Shown here one piece after another: positions 9,297-18,768 of a DNA stretch of 64,000 bases. The notes under the pieces are model-generated. The model did no database searches, was not told where the DNA came from, and saw only the letters and a list, made by a program, of their open reading frames with translations. How positions within the stretch are numbered: the first letter of the stretch is position 1; each line of letters starts with the position of its first letter. Made by a program: the position numbers and the translations under genes. The stretch comes from Pseudomonadota bacterium (GTDB lineage Bacteria > Bdellovibrionota > FAC87 > UBA2466): contig JAYUGC010000058.1 of the NCBI GenBank assembly GCA_043767805.1, forward strand, positions 9,732 through 73,731. Direction: 5' to 3'.

Positions 9297-9524
9297 TTAA
9301 CTGATACGGCTCACCCTACCCAAGGAAGGCACAAAAACCACACTCAAGTGAGCCAGGTATTGAAGCACTTGCCCGCCTCCGCACTCGCCCGCCGATACGC
9401 GGCTGAACCGAAGGGAGGTGGGCGTCAGATCTTGTGTTGGCCCGGCTTGATCTTCGTCCGCGCCTGCATAACTCGCGAGTACTGCCCCCGTCAGGATAAG
9501 GGCCAATAGGAATGTCTTTTTCAT
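9297..9524 (-). CDS. Small secreted hypothetical protein (possibly a fragment)
   Basis: AAGGAGG RBS; signal peptide MKKTFLLALILTGAVLASYAGA. Confidence 0.5.
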   Translation of the reverse strand: MKKTFLLALILTGAVLASYAGADEDQAGPTQDLTPTSLRFSRVSAGECGGGQVLQYLAHLSVVFVPSLGRVSRIS

Positions 9525-9615
9525 GGGGCCTCCTTACTCGCTCACGCGAAAAGGGGCTGCGAAAAGGCTCAGTCCGGGCTTTTCTCTTTTCCCTTCTCGA
9601 CGTAGCTTCCTGCTC

Positions 9616-10410
9616 GTGCCGGAATTACCTGAAGTCGAAAGCGCCCGCCAAGTCCTCTTGAAAGCCGCGAAAGGCCGCACCATCGCCGAGGTGCGCGTGC
9701 ATCCGGACCCCTTGGTCTTCGATCGCAATAAGCCCGCGGCCATCGTCAAATCTCTTACAGGGAAAAAGATCGTCGGTGCCGGAAGGCGGGGCAAACATTT
9801 TTGGGCGGAGCTCGACGGCCGGCCGTGGCCTTGGTTTCATTTCGGAATGAGCGGCTCGCTTCACGTCTACGAAAAGCCCGAGGAGCGGCCCAGCCATTGG
9901 AAGCTCGAGCTGGTGCTGGACGACGGCAAGCGGCTCGCATGGCGCGACCCGCGCCGTTTCGGCCGGATTCGCTTGGTAGAAGATCCGCTATCCGACCCGA
10001 AAATGCGGCGCCTTGGTTTTGATCCGCTCCTCGACATGCCGAACCTGCCCGCGCTGCGGGGGCTCCTTCGCAAGCGAAAGAAGAATCTAAAGGCGCTGCT
10101 CCTCGATCAAACGTTCTCGGCCGGGGTGGGTAACTGGATTGCCGACGAGGTTCTCTACCACGCGAAGCTCGCGCCGCGCCGAATGAGCGCCGACCTCAGC
10201 GATGCGGACATTAAGGCGCTGCGACAAAGCCTGCTCAAAGTGATTCGCCTCGCCGTCAAACATGAGGCCGACGCCGAGAAGTTCCCTTGGGACTGGCTCT
10301 TTCACTACCGCTGGAGCGCGAAACATACCCACACGGCCCGAGACACGCAGATCGTGCGCGAGACCATCGCCGGCCGCACCACGGCCTGGGTCCCCGAAGA
10401 GCAAGTCTGA
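9616..10410 (+). CDS. mutM: Fpg/Nei-family DNA glycosylase, zincless-finger type
   Basis: GTG 9616 gives (M)PELPEVE; GRRGKH, HFGMSG, DPRRFG, LLDQ..AGVGNWIADEVL; C-terminal GRTTAWVPEEQ with no Cys4 finger. Confidence 0.88.
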   Translation: MPELPEVESARQVLLKAAKGRTIAEVRVHPDPLVFDRNKPAAIVKSLTGKKIVGAGRRGKHFWAELDGRPWPWFHFGMSGSLHVYEKPEERPSHWKLELVLDDGKRLAWRDPRRFGRIRLVEDPLSDPKMRRLGFDPLLDMPNLPALRGLLRKRKKNLKALLLDQTFSAGVGNWIADEVLYHAKLAPRRMSADLSDADIKALRQSLLKVIRLAVKHEADAEKFPWDWLFHYRWSAKHTHTARDTQIVRETIAGRTTAWVPEEQV

Positions 10411-10528
10411 AGGCGAGGCATGAGCCCGAGCCGCGGATCTTTCTGCCCGCCGCATTTGGATTACCCGCGCACTACGGAGCCGGACCATTCGATTGCGGTG
10501 CCGTTGGAAGGAAATCCCGGCCACTGAC

Positions 10529-11125
10529 TCAGGCGAGTTGAGCGCAGGCGTTGTCTCGGGCGATTTGGGTTAGGTGCTCCGCGATTTTTTCCGTGGGGAG
10601 CACCCAGTCGACACTTCCAGAAGCCTGGGCATTCAAGGGCATGCTGTCCACTTCCGCGGAAAGGTCCTGTGCGAAGGTGATGCCTCCCTTGGCTTTGATA
10701 CTTAGACTGCCTTCGGTCCCATCTCCGTCATACCCCGAGAGTATGACGCTAATTGCCCGGCTTCCCATCGCCTCGGCAAGGGAGGTCAGGAAGAAGTCAA
10801 TTTGCTTATGCCGGCCAGCCTTTAAGGTACGCGGGGAGGCGACCTGGAAAGCGAAATCATCGATCGTAAGATCGGTATTACGTTGAATGATGTAAATATG
10901 GTTCGGTTCGATTTTGCATCCGTCGCAGGCCTCCACGACGGGCATTTTAGTTAAAGGCGTGAGAATCTTGACCAGCAGACTATCGTGATCGGGGCTCAAA
11001 TGGGCGACGATGACGAACGCCATGCCGGTATCGGCGGGAATGCCCGCGAGGAGCTTCTTATAGCCGGCAAGGCCACCGGCTGAGCCTCCTATGCCAACGA
11101 TGTAACTAGGCCTTTGCGGATTCAT
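10529..11125 (-). CDS. Stand-alone CheB-type methylesterase domain protein
   Basis: GIGGSAGG, VAHL, ILSGYDGDG catalytic Ser-His-Asp motifs, SMPLNA; no REC domain. Confidence 0.88.
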   Translation of the reverse strand: MNPQRPSYIVGIGGSAGGLAGYKKLLAGIPADTGMAFVIVAHLSPDHDSLLVKILTPLTKMPVVEACDGCKIEPNHIYIIQRNTDLTIDDFAFQVASPRTLKAGRHKQIDFFLTSLAEAMGSRAISVILSGYDGDGTEGSLSIKAKGGITFAQDLSAEVDSMPLNAQASGSVDWVLPTEKIAEHLTQIARDNACAQLA

Positions 11126-11447
11126 GGGTTCTCCTGCTTGTTGACGAACCCTACCCCATGGCTCGGTTCGTCGGTAGTGAAGTTGTCCTTATTAAGGGGC
11201 GAAGGCAAGGGTCGGCTGCTGGGAACGCTTGGATTCACGGGCACAAACTATTTTATTTTTTAGATTTTCTTACCTTGCGGCGGGCTCTCGGCGGGCTTAG
11301 TGTTCTGGCGAACCTTTACGCCTATTCCCAGCGAGAGCTGATTTGTGAATTCGTCACGTCACTCTGTCTTTCCTGATCTTTGTTGCTGGAAATCTCTTCT
11401 GCGATCGCTCCCAGTTTATTTTTGTTTCTTTAACCTAAGGGAATGAG

Positions 11448-13031
11448 ATGGAGTTTCTCGGGGCCCCAAAATTAACGCGACCGAAACTCTTTGAGGGGGA
11501 ATCCCTTTTAAGGCCTCACCCGATCGGCGTATCTCCTCCCGCGGCGCCGCCCCCCGGCCTTTTCAGTCTACTTGAAAATTTTCTGGCCAGCTCTCCGATT
11601 GGGTTTTCCTACTTCGACGAGGACTTGCGCTATGTTTGTGTAAACCACCCTTTCGCGGCGATGGTCGGTTACGCCCCCGATCAACTCCTGGGGCAACTGC
11701 CTCGGGACGCCTCTCCGGAGAGCGCACTTTCGTGGGAGCCCGCCCTGCGCCGGGTTTTCGACACTGGGATTTCGGAAATGAACATTGAGTTCCCTCTTCC
11801 TCGGCACGATGCCACCAGTCAAAGCCAAGTCGCCTCGGCAAACCTCTACCCCGTGCTGGGCGACAAGGGCGAAGTCGTCGGAGTCGGGGTCATGCTGGTC
11901 GACGTAACGGAACGAAAAGCGCTCGAGGCCCGTCTTTTCGAAAATGAGGAGCGGCTGCGGCTTGCTCTCGAATCGGCCGCTTTGGGGACCTGGGATTGGA
12001 ACGTTGCCTCCGGAGTCATTCTCCTTTCCGCTCGGGCTCAGGCGATTTGCGGCACTGACTTAGGGCCATCGACCCCTTTGGAAGTGTTTTTTGATTCGGT
12101 TCACCCCGAGGATCGCGCAGGGCTGAAAGAGGCCATCCGCCGCGCCCTGGAGACTCCCGGGGAAGATTATCGCAGCGAGTACCGCTCGATCGGGAGCAAA
12201 GACGGGAAAGAGCGGTGGGTCGGGGTCAGAGGAAGAGTGAAATTCGACCAGGAAAAGAGACCGGTGCTTTTTACTGGCGTGGTCTCGGATGCGACGCTCC
12301 AAAAGCAAGCGGATCAGCTCCGCCAGAAGGTATCCGTCGAGTTGATGCGATCCAATTCCGAGCTGGAGCGTTTTGCCTCGGTGGCGTCTCACGATTTGCG
12401 CGAGCCCGTGCGGACGGTGAGCAACTATGTCTCTCTTTTAAGGCGCCGCAATAAAGAAACGTGGGATCCCGTCTCATTGGAGTTTCTGGCCTTCGCCGAG
12501 TCGGGAGCCCGCCGGATGGGGGAGCTAATCGACGATTTACTGTTCTATTCCAGAGTGAGTAACGAGCAGCGGGAAAAACAAGAGTGTGACCTGAATGTGA
12601 TTTTGCAAAAGACTCTGCTCAACTTAGGGGCAGCCATTGAGGAGAGCCGGGCGCAAATCACCAGCGACCGCCTCCCGGCAGTGATGGGAGAGTCCTCCTA
12701 TCTAATTCAGCTTTTTCAAAATCTTCTGGCGAACAGCATCAAGTATCGCCGGCAAGGCGAGGTTCCGCGCATCCATATCTCCGCGACGAGAGCGGAAGCG
12801 GAATGGCTGATCCTCTTCAAGGACGAAGGCATTGGCTTTGAGGAGAAGGAGGCTTCGAATATTTTCGAAGCCTTTGTGCGCTTGCACGGCCACGCGGACT
12901 ACTCGGGATCGGGGCTGGGGTTGGCCACCTGCCGCAAGATTGTCACCCAGCATGGGGGCCAAATTTGGGCTGAGTCGAAACTTGGCAAAGGGGCCTCGTT
13001 CTTTTTTACGATACCGGCTCTGAAAGAGTAG
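11448..13031 (+). CDS. Cytoplasmic PAS-PAS sensor histidine kinase
   Basis: Two PAS domains; FASVASHDLREP H-box; QNLLANSIKY, DEGIGF, GSGLGLA. Confidence 0.92.
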   Translation: MEFLGAPKLTRPKLFEGESLLRPHPIGVSPPAAPPPGLFSLLENFLASSPIGFSYFDEDLRYVCVNHPFAAMVGYAPDQLLGQLPRDASPESALSWEPALRRVFDTGISEMNIEFPLPRHDATSQSQVASANLYPVLGDKGEVVGVGVMLVDVTERKALEARLFENEERLRLALESAALGTWDWNVASGVILLSARAQAICGTDLGPSTPLEVFFDSVHPEDRAGLKEAIRRALETPGEDYRSEYRSIGSKDGKERWVGVRGRVKFDQEKRPVLFTGVVSDATLQKQADQLRQKVSVELMRSNSELERFASVASHDLREPVRTVSNYVSLLRRRNKETWDPVSLEFLAFAESGARRMGELIDDLLFYSRVSNEQREKQECDLNVILQKTLLNLGAAIEESRAQITSDRLPAVMGESSYLIQLFQNLLANSIKYRRQGEVPRIHISATRAEAEWLILFKDEGIGFEEKEASNIFEAFVRLHGHADYSGSGLGLATCRKIVTQHGGQIWAESKLGKGASFFFTIPALKE

Positions 13032-13038
13032 AGGAGCT

Positions 13039-15870
13039 ATGGAGCGGGAAGTCGGGGCCGAAAAAGAAGCATTTTTCCCGGTGGTGGGGATTGGAGCCTC
13101 GGCCGGAGGGCTGGAGGCGCTCCAGGAGCTCTTCGCTCATCTGCCAAAAGACGAAATGTCCTGCGTGGTCGTCCAGCATCTGGACCCGGTCCATGAGAGT
13201 TTGCTCGCGGGGATTTTGTCTCAAAAGACCAAGATGACCGTGCGAGAGGCGAAGGAGGGGGCGAAGCTCGCCGTCAATTGTGTCTACACCATCCCGCCCA
13301 ATACCGTGATCCGGGTCGTGGACGGGGTATTGCGCCTCTCTCCGCGCAATGAAATGCTTGGGCTCTTCTTGCCCATCGATCAGTTTTTTCGATCGCTGGC
13401 GCAGAATTACGGGGGAAGGGCGATTGGAATCGTGCTCTCCGGCGGAGGCTCCGACGGGTCTCTGGGAATTCAGGAGATCAAGGCGTGCGGCGGTATCGCA
13501 TTCGCTCAGGATGAAAGCACTGCTAGGGTATTCACCATGCCTCAGAACGCCATAGCCACGGGTGCCGTCGACTTCGTGCTTTCTCCCCGAAAAGTCGCGG
13601 AGCGGATTGGTGAATTGGTCAAGGATCGCTATTGGGCCGAGCCGGAAAAGACTAAAACTCGTGCCGTCGAAGGCGTGGGCGAGGCCATGACAGAGGTCCT
13701 CCGCCATGTTTTCAAGACGACGGGAATTGATTTTTCCAGTTACAAGGCCGCGACTCTAAAACGGCGTATTTCGCGGCGGATGCAGTTTAGAAACACCGAT
13801 ACGGTAGCCCAGTACCTAGCCTTGGTTAAAGAGGACGCTTCCGAAAGCCACACGCTCTGCCAAGACATTCTCATTCAAGTGACCAGGTTCTTTAGGGAGC
13901 CGGAGAGTTACGAGCTTCTAAAGACGACCGTGTTCCCGGACCTGTTCAAAGGAAGGGCGAGTCAGGATCCCATTCGAATTTGGGTGGTCGGGTGTTCTTC
14001 GGGAGAAGAGGCTTACTCGATTTTGATTGCGCTCAGCGAGTACATGTCGAGCACGAACCAGCATGCCCCCGTGCAACTATTCGGAACGGATATTAACGAT
14101 TCCGCCATCCAGAAGGCGAGGGCCGGGACCTACGGCCAAAATGCCGTCGTGGAATTATCTCCCGAAAGGCTGGCCAATTTTTTTAGCGTCAATGGGAGTT
14201 TCTACAGCATTAAAAAATCTCTTAGAGACCTTTGTATTTTTGCCAAGCATAACGTCCTAAGCGATCCCCCGTTTGCGAAAGTCGACCTGCTCAGCTGTCA
14301 AAACGTCATGATCTATTTCGACGCTTCCTTACAGAAACGGGTCCTTTCGATATTTCAGTACTCGTTGAAAGCGGAGGGAGTTCTTCTTTTGGGCCCGGCC
14401 GAGAGCATTGGGTCTAACTCGTCCCTCTTTACCGTGCTTAAACCCGGAAGCCAGGCGTTTAAGAAGGTCGCTGGACCCGGCCGATTATATTTCGACTTCG
14501 TCGGCGCCCAGCTGGCTGTTGAAAAGGTGGTGGCTCCCGAGAGCAGCCCCTCCTTGGGAGGACAGACGTCCACTTACGCCCAAGTGCAAAAGGAAGCCGA
14601 CCGCTGGTTAGTGGCGCAGTTTTCCCCGCCGGGGGTCATCTTCAACGACAGGCTCGAGGTCATTCAATTCAAGGGACAAACGGGGCCCTATTTCGAGCAC
14701 TCCCCCGGTTACGCGAGCTTGGATCTTTTGAAAATGCTTAGAGGCGAGCTCATTGCAGATGTGCGCCATCTCGTCGACGAAGCTAGCAAAAGCGGAAAAC
14801 CCGCTCGCAAAGAAGAGGTGACCCTGCGGGCGAACGGCCACTCCAAGCGAATTGCCCTGGAGGTATGCCCGATCCGGGTAGGGTCCCTTAAAGATATCTT
14901 TTTTCTTCTAACCTTTGAGGACCTGGAGCTCGCCTCGGTGGCGGAAATGACTAAGCGGCGGCTCGCGAAGCAGGAGTCCGCCGCGCGCGAAAATTCGGGC
15001 GATGAAACTGTAGCCTTGAGAGCCGAGCTCGCGGCGACGAAGGAATACCTTCAGGCCGTGAACGAGGAGAAAGAGGCGGCGAACGAAGAGTTGCGGGCGG
15101 CAAACGAGGAGGTCATGTCGACCAACGAGGAATTGCAAAGTACGAATGAAGAGATGCACACCGCAAAGGAAGAGCTTCAGTCGACGAACGAGGAGCTCTT
15201 GACGGTCAACGACGAGCTGCAAAACCGCAATCGGGAGTTTTTCCAGCTCAATAACGACCTAACCAATCTTTTTACGAGCCTGAACGTGGCCGTGGTGATG
15301 CTCGATAAAGATCTCCGCATCCGCAAGTTCACTCCCATGGCCGAAAAATTGTTCCGGCTCATCGAGACCGATGTCGCACGCAAGCTTACCGATATTCGTA
15401 GCAAACTCGAGATAAGAGATCTGGAGGCGCTCGTAGCGGAAGTCATCCGGACACTCGCCCCGGTGAAGATCGAGGCGAAGGACGGCGACGGTAACTGGTA
15501 CTCGGTGGAAATTCGGCCTTACCGCACCAACGACGACAAGATTGACGGCGCGATTCTTCTTTTCACGGACATCAATCAGATCAAGGCCGGACTCGGATAC
15601 GCTGCCGCGGTGGAGGAGACTCTAGGGCACCCGCTCCTCATTTTGACGGGCGATCTCAAGATCAAGAAGGCCAACGAAAAATTCCATGAATTTTTTCAGA
15701 CCACTCCGAGGGAGACCGACGGCCGGTTTCTTTATGAGCTTGGGGATGGCTCGTGGAACACACCCAAACTCAAGGAACTTCTCGAAGGCATTCTCACCAG
15801 GAACACGGTCATAAATAACTTCGAAATGACCCATGAGTTTCCGAAGATTGGCCGCAAGTCCTTGGGCTGA
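13039..15870 (+). CDS. CheB-CheR-PAS-coiled-coil fusion protein; last PAS strand continues in the -1 frame to 15938
   Basis: GASAGG/QHL/SDG (CheB); IWVVGCSSGEEAYS, GTDIN, DLLSCQNVMIYF (CheR); NEELQSTNEE repeats; PAS domains. Confidence 0.92.
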   Translation: MEREVGAEKEAFFPVVGIGASAGGLEALQELFAHLPKDEMSCVVVQHLDPVHESLLAGILSQKTKMTVREAKEGAKLAVNCVYTIPPNTVIRVVDGVLRLSPRNEMLGLFLPIDQFFRSLAQNYGGRAIGIVLSGGGSDGSLGIQEIKACGGIAFAQDESTARVFTMPQNAIATGAVDFVLSPRKVAERIGELVKDRYWAEPEKTKTRAVEGVGEAMTEVLRHVFKTTGIDFSSYKAATLKRRISRRMQFRNTDTVAQYLALVKEDASESHTLCQDILIQVTRFFREPESYELLKTTVFPDLFKGRASQDPIRIWVVGCSSGEEAYSILIALSEYMSSTNQHAPVQLFGTDINDSAIQKARAGTYGQNAVVELSPERLANFFSVNGSFYSIKKSLRDLCIFAKHNVLSDPPFAKVDLLSCQNVMIYFDASLQKRVLSIFQYSLKAEGVLLLGPAESIGSNSSLFTVLKPGSQAFKKVAGPGRLYFDFVGAQLAVEKVVAPESSPSLGGQTSTYAQVQKEADRWLVAQFSPPGVIFNDRLEVIQFKGQTGPYFEHSPGYASLDLLKMLRGELIADVRHLVDEASKSGKPARKEEVTLRANGHSKRIALEVCPIRVGSLKDIFFLLTFEDLELASVAEMTKRRLAKQESAARENSGDETVALRAELAATKEYLQAVNEEKEAANEELRAANEEVMSTNEELQSTNEEMHTAKEELQSTNEELLTVNDELQNRNREFFQLNNDLTNLFTSLNVAVVMLDKDLRIRKFTPMAEKLFRLIETDVARKLTDIRSKLEIRDLEALVAEVIRTLAPVKIEAKDGDGNWYSVEIRPYRTNDDKIDGAILLFTDINQIKAGLGYAAAVEETLGHPLLILTGDLKIKKANEKFHEFFQTTPRETDGRFLYELGDGSWNTPKLKELLEGILTRNTVINNFEMTHEFPKIGRKSLG

Positions 15871-15944
15871 AGGCTCGGCGCCTTTTGCACAACGACAAAA
15901 GCACGGAAACGATCGTTCTGGTTTTCGAGTCAGCTTAGGCGGGG

Positions 15945-15984
15945 AAAAAAAGGCGCCCACCCTCCCCACGGGAAGAGGGGCGCC
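15945..15984 (-). terminator. Intrinsic terminator of the carboxypeptidase gene
   Basis: GGCGCCC..TCCC/GGGA..GGGCGCC stem adjacent to A7 on the + strand (U-tract on the - strand). Confidence 0.65.
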
Positions 15985-15993
15985 CAGAGAGAG

Positions 15994-17172
15994 TTAAGGC
16001 CGGCTCGGCATTCCGGGCTGCTCCATGCGCTCCAGAATGTACTGCCAACCCGCGCGTTGTTTTTCGACCGTAGGGTTACGCCACGTGTACGGGGGCTGGA
16101 AGCCCAGGCTCGTGGAGTTCACTTCGACGACGAACGTCATCGTCTTAGCACTCGTGTACATCCAATCGGTGGATCCGCCATCGACGTTGTACAGAAGCTC
16201 GTAAGACGTGCCGAAACGATACGTGCCGCGCCCCGTGTCTTTCACGAGCTTGCTGGCAAGCTCCTGTCCGACTTTCAGATAAACCGCCGCATCACCGGCC
16301 GGAATCTTCTTGGGGCTGCAACCGAAGGGGTAGATCACAAGCTCTGAGTAGCTATGGTACGAGATGTTGAATTTCGGCTTCACTTTCGCCACGAGGTTCA
16401 TCATCGCCTGAGTCTCGGGCTCGGAACCGGCCGAGGCGCCGCGATAAATCTCGGAAGTTTTGCTGCCCGACGATCCGCCGCAAGCGTTCCAGTCGTAGGG
16501 ATAGTTGCGGTTGATATCGACGCCATGACCGCCCTGGGTGTTCTTTCTCCACATGGAGTCCGACTTCCAAACGCGATCGTTGCCGTCCGGGTTCACCATG
16601 GGGACGACCCAGATGTTGTACTTGCTGAGCCACTTCTTCACTCTTTGGTCGCGGCCCTGGGCTTGAGTGAGGTAGCCGACGATGTCGAGCCCCACTTCGG
16701 CGGTCATGACTTCGCGAGCGTGGTGCATAGCATCGAAAAGCACGGACTCTTTTTGGGTGGAGCGGTGCGCCTGATCGGTCAGATGAATGGCGAGGATTTC
16801 TTTGCCTTCCACCGATTTGCCGATGACGTACACCTTCGCGACTCCGGGAAAGCGCCGTTCGGTCTCCAGCAGATATTCTCTGACGTAGCTATATTGTTTG
16901 TACTTCGGATCCGGAGCGCGGGCGTCGCGCTTCGCGATGATGTTGATGCTGCGGGGGAAGTTCCTGAGGCCGCTCTCCTTCACGACGACGGAGAGAACCT
17001 TGCGATCCCAATCCACGCCGCCAATGTCCAGTCCATGCGCTTGGGCGACTTGAATGTCGCGAAGGCTATTGAGCGGTACGTCGACGTAATATTGCTTCTC
17101 CGGCGCGGGGGCCGCGCCAGACAGAAAAAGACTGCCCACTAGGGCGATAAAAGCTGTGAATAATTGAGCCAT
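15994..17172 (-). CDS. Secreted M14 zinc carboxypeptidase (carboxypeptidase T-like)
   Basis: Signal peptide; HAREV, NPDG, WRKN, GVDINRN, HSYS motifs and a C-terminal catalytic Glu region. Confidence 0.92.
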   Translation of the reverse strand: MAQLFTAFIALVGSLFLSGAAPAPEKQYYVDVPLNSLRDIQVAQAHGLDIGGVDWDRKVLSVVVKESGLRNFPRSINIIAKRDARAPDPKYKQYSYVREYLLETERRFPGVAKVYVIGKSVEGKEILAIHLTDQAHRSTQKESVLFDAMHHAREVMTAEVGLDIVGYLTQAQGRDQRVKKWLSKYNIWVVPMVNPDGNDRVWKSDSMWRKNTQGGHGVDINRNYPYDWNACGGSSGSKTSEIYRGASAGSEPETQAMMNLVAKVKPKFNISYHSYSELVIYPFGCSPKKIPAGDAAVYLKVGQELASKLVKDTGRGTYRFGTSYELLYNVDGGSTDWMYTSAKTMTFVVEVNSTSLGFQPPYTWRNPTVEKQRAGWQYILERMEQPGMPSRP

Positions 17173-17252
17173 AATACTCCTTTAGAGGAGCATCCTAGGT
17201 CTCACACGGCCTTCACGACACCGTAAAAGCAGGGACTTTTAACAAAAAGTTT

Positions 17253-17834
17253 CTAATGCCCCGCAGAAACTTCTCTGAGCCGCGATTCTTGCTCGGGGCG
17301 GCTGTCGGTTTTGCGCGGAAGAAGATTCGCGAGCTCGTCGGCGTGTTCTTCTTCCTCTTCGAGGATCTGCTCGAGCAGGCGCCGCGTGGTGGGGTCGTCG
17401 TTGCCGAAGAAGCGGATCATCTCGGCGTAAATATCGATGACGATTCTTTCCGCGATGATGTTTTCCTGGAGCATCTCGACCAGGGTTTCGCACTCGACGT
17501 AGTCGGTGGCCGAACGCTGGGCTAAGCCCTCAGGATTGAAATTCGGATCCCCGTTTAGCTGAGTGATGCGCTCGGCGAGCCTATCGACGTGCACTTGCTC
17601 TTCTTTCGCGTGTTCCAGGAACTCTTGGGCTATGCCTTCCGAGTTGAGACCGCTCGCCATTTGGTAGTGGAGTTGGTAGCGAAGGACGCAGACGATCTCG
17701 GTGGCGAGAGCGTCGTTCAATAGCTTGATGGCGGTCGTGCGGTCCGACGCGTAGGCCGAGGTGACCGCTCCTTGCTCGATGTGCTGCCGAGCGCGTTTTT
17801 TGATTTCCTGCACGTTGACTACAAAATCTCCCAT
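17253..17834 (-). CDS. Bacterioferritin-like ferritin-superfamily protein
   Basis: LNDALATEIVCVLRY, EHAKEEQVH, LAERI, EEEEHADEL di-iron motifs; ATG 17834 with AAGGA RBS. Confidence 0.85.
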   Translation of the reverse strand: MGDFVVNVQEIKKRARQHIEQGAVTSAYASDRTTAIKLLNDALATEIVCVLRYQLHYQMASGLNSEGIAQEFLEHAKEEQVHVDRLAERITQLNGDPNFNPEGLAQRSATDYVECETLVEMLQENIIAERIVIDIYAEMIRFFGNDDPTTRRLLEQILEEEEEHADELANLLPRKTDSRPEQESRLREVSAGH

Positions 17835-17873
17835 TTTCGAATCCTTTCGCGATGAGGTTTTGCGGGAGGAGAA

Positions 17874-17889
17874 TGCAGGACTCATGCCG
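17874..17889 (-). promoter_or_regulatory. Putative sigma54 (-24/-12) promoter
   Basis: CGGCATGAGTCCTGCA on the - strand (GG-N10-GC), upstream of the ferritin-like gene. Confidence 0.5.
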
Positions 17890-17931
17890 ATAGCGTTTGC
17901 CGGTACCGCTTGGGTTCGCTAGAAAAACGCC

Positions 17932-18309
17932 ATGCTCGACCATTTGTCTCTCGGCGTTGCCGACTTGAATCGATCGCTCGCTTTCTACGATGAAGTCATG
18001 GGAGCCCTCGGCTACTCACGGCTCTGGAAAAATGAGAGCGCGGCGGGGTACGGCGAGCACGGTTCCGAGGAGCCATTCGCTATCAAGGAAGAAAGACCGG
18101 GGGACGTCCCCGGCGGTTCAAAACGAACCCACGTCGCGTTCTCGGCGAACGGAACGTCGGCAGTGGATGCCTTTCATGAAGCCGCTCTAGCGAACGGAGG
18201 CAAAGACGAGGGCGCTCCGGGAAATAGGCCTCACTACGGCGATAAATATTACGCCGCTTTCGTGACCGACCCAGACGGGTATCGCTTGGAAGCGGTCTTT
18301 CATGGCTAG
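17932..18309 (+). CDS. VOC/glyoxalase family protein
   Basis: MLDHLSLGV, HVAF, YYAAFVTDPDGYRLEAV. Confidence 0.9.
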   Translation: MLDHLSLGVADLNRSLAFYDEVMGALGYSRLWKNESAAGYGEHGSEEPFAIKEERPGDVPGGSKRTHVAFSANGTSAVDAFHEAALANGGKDEGAPGNRPHYGDKYYAAFVTDPDGYRLEAVFHG

Positions 18310-18563
18310 CGATTGCGGAAGCCGCCGTTCGCGTTCTGTCCTTTGAAGTCCGAGTAGTCCCACGCCTGATCGTTTTCTTCCTCGCGGATGGCGTTGCGGC
18401 TGGAAGGCGCCGGTGCCCGCGGCTCCGAGTACTCATCGACTTTGAGCGGAGTGACCGTCGCTAGAGGGGAAGTGCGAATCGCGGAATCCCTCCAGCTCAT
18501 GTCTCTCAACGTGATAAAGACGGCGATGGGAAAAGAAACAATTTTGATGGCTGTGTCCAACAT
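18306..18563 (-). CDS. Small hypothetical protein
   Basis: AAGGAG RBS, an N-terminal hydrophobic stretch and an upstream sigma54-like motif. Confidence 0.55.
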   Translation of the reverse strand: MLDTAIKIVSFPIAVFITLRDMSWRDSAIRTSPLATVTPLKVDEYSEPRAPAPSSRNAIREEENDQAWDYSDFKGQNANGGFRNR

Positions 18564-18590
18564 GAAGACTCCTTGTTTGCCGAACTAGGG

Positions 18591-18606
18591 AGCAAGGTTC
18601 AGGCCA
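18591..18606 (-). promoter_or_regulatory. Putative sigma54 promoter
   Basis: TGGCCTGAACCTTGCT on the - strand, just upstream of ATG 18563. Confidence 0.6.
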
Positions 18607-18727
18607 GGCGCGGCACGCACCGACCAGGCTCAGGGGCGATGGGAATTCGGGTCCCCCCTGTCTCCGTTCCGTGACATTATTTTGATCCCGTTGAGGGACT
18701 TCCACACGGGGGACCGCGTTTTATGGC

Positions 18728-18743
18728 TGGCACCGCTAATGCA
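18728..18743 (+). promoter_or_regulatory. Putative sigma54 promoter
   Basis: TGGCACCGCTAATGCA upstream of the 18769 gene. Confidence 0.55.
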
Positions 18744-18768
18744 GAGTCAGGTTTAGATAGGGGAATAC

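Noticed and set aside
15058..15230. Repeated AACGAGGAG/AACGAAGAG units resembling a tandem array
   Set aside because: These encode the NEE heptads of the CheR-fusion coiled coil; not a CRISPR array or DNA repeat.
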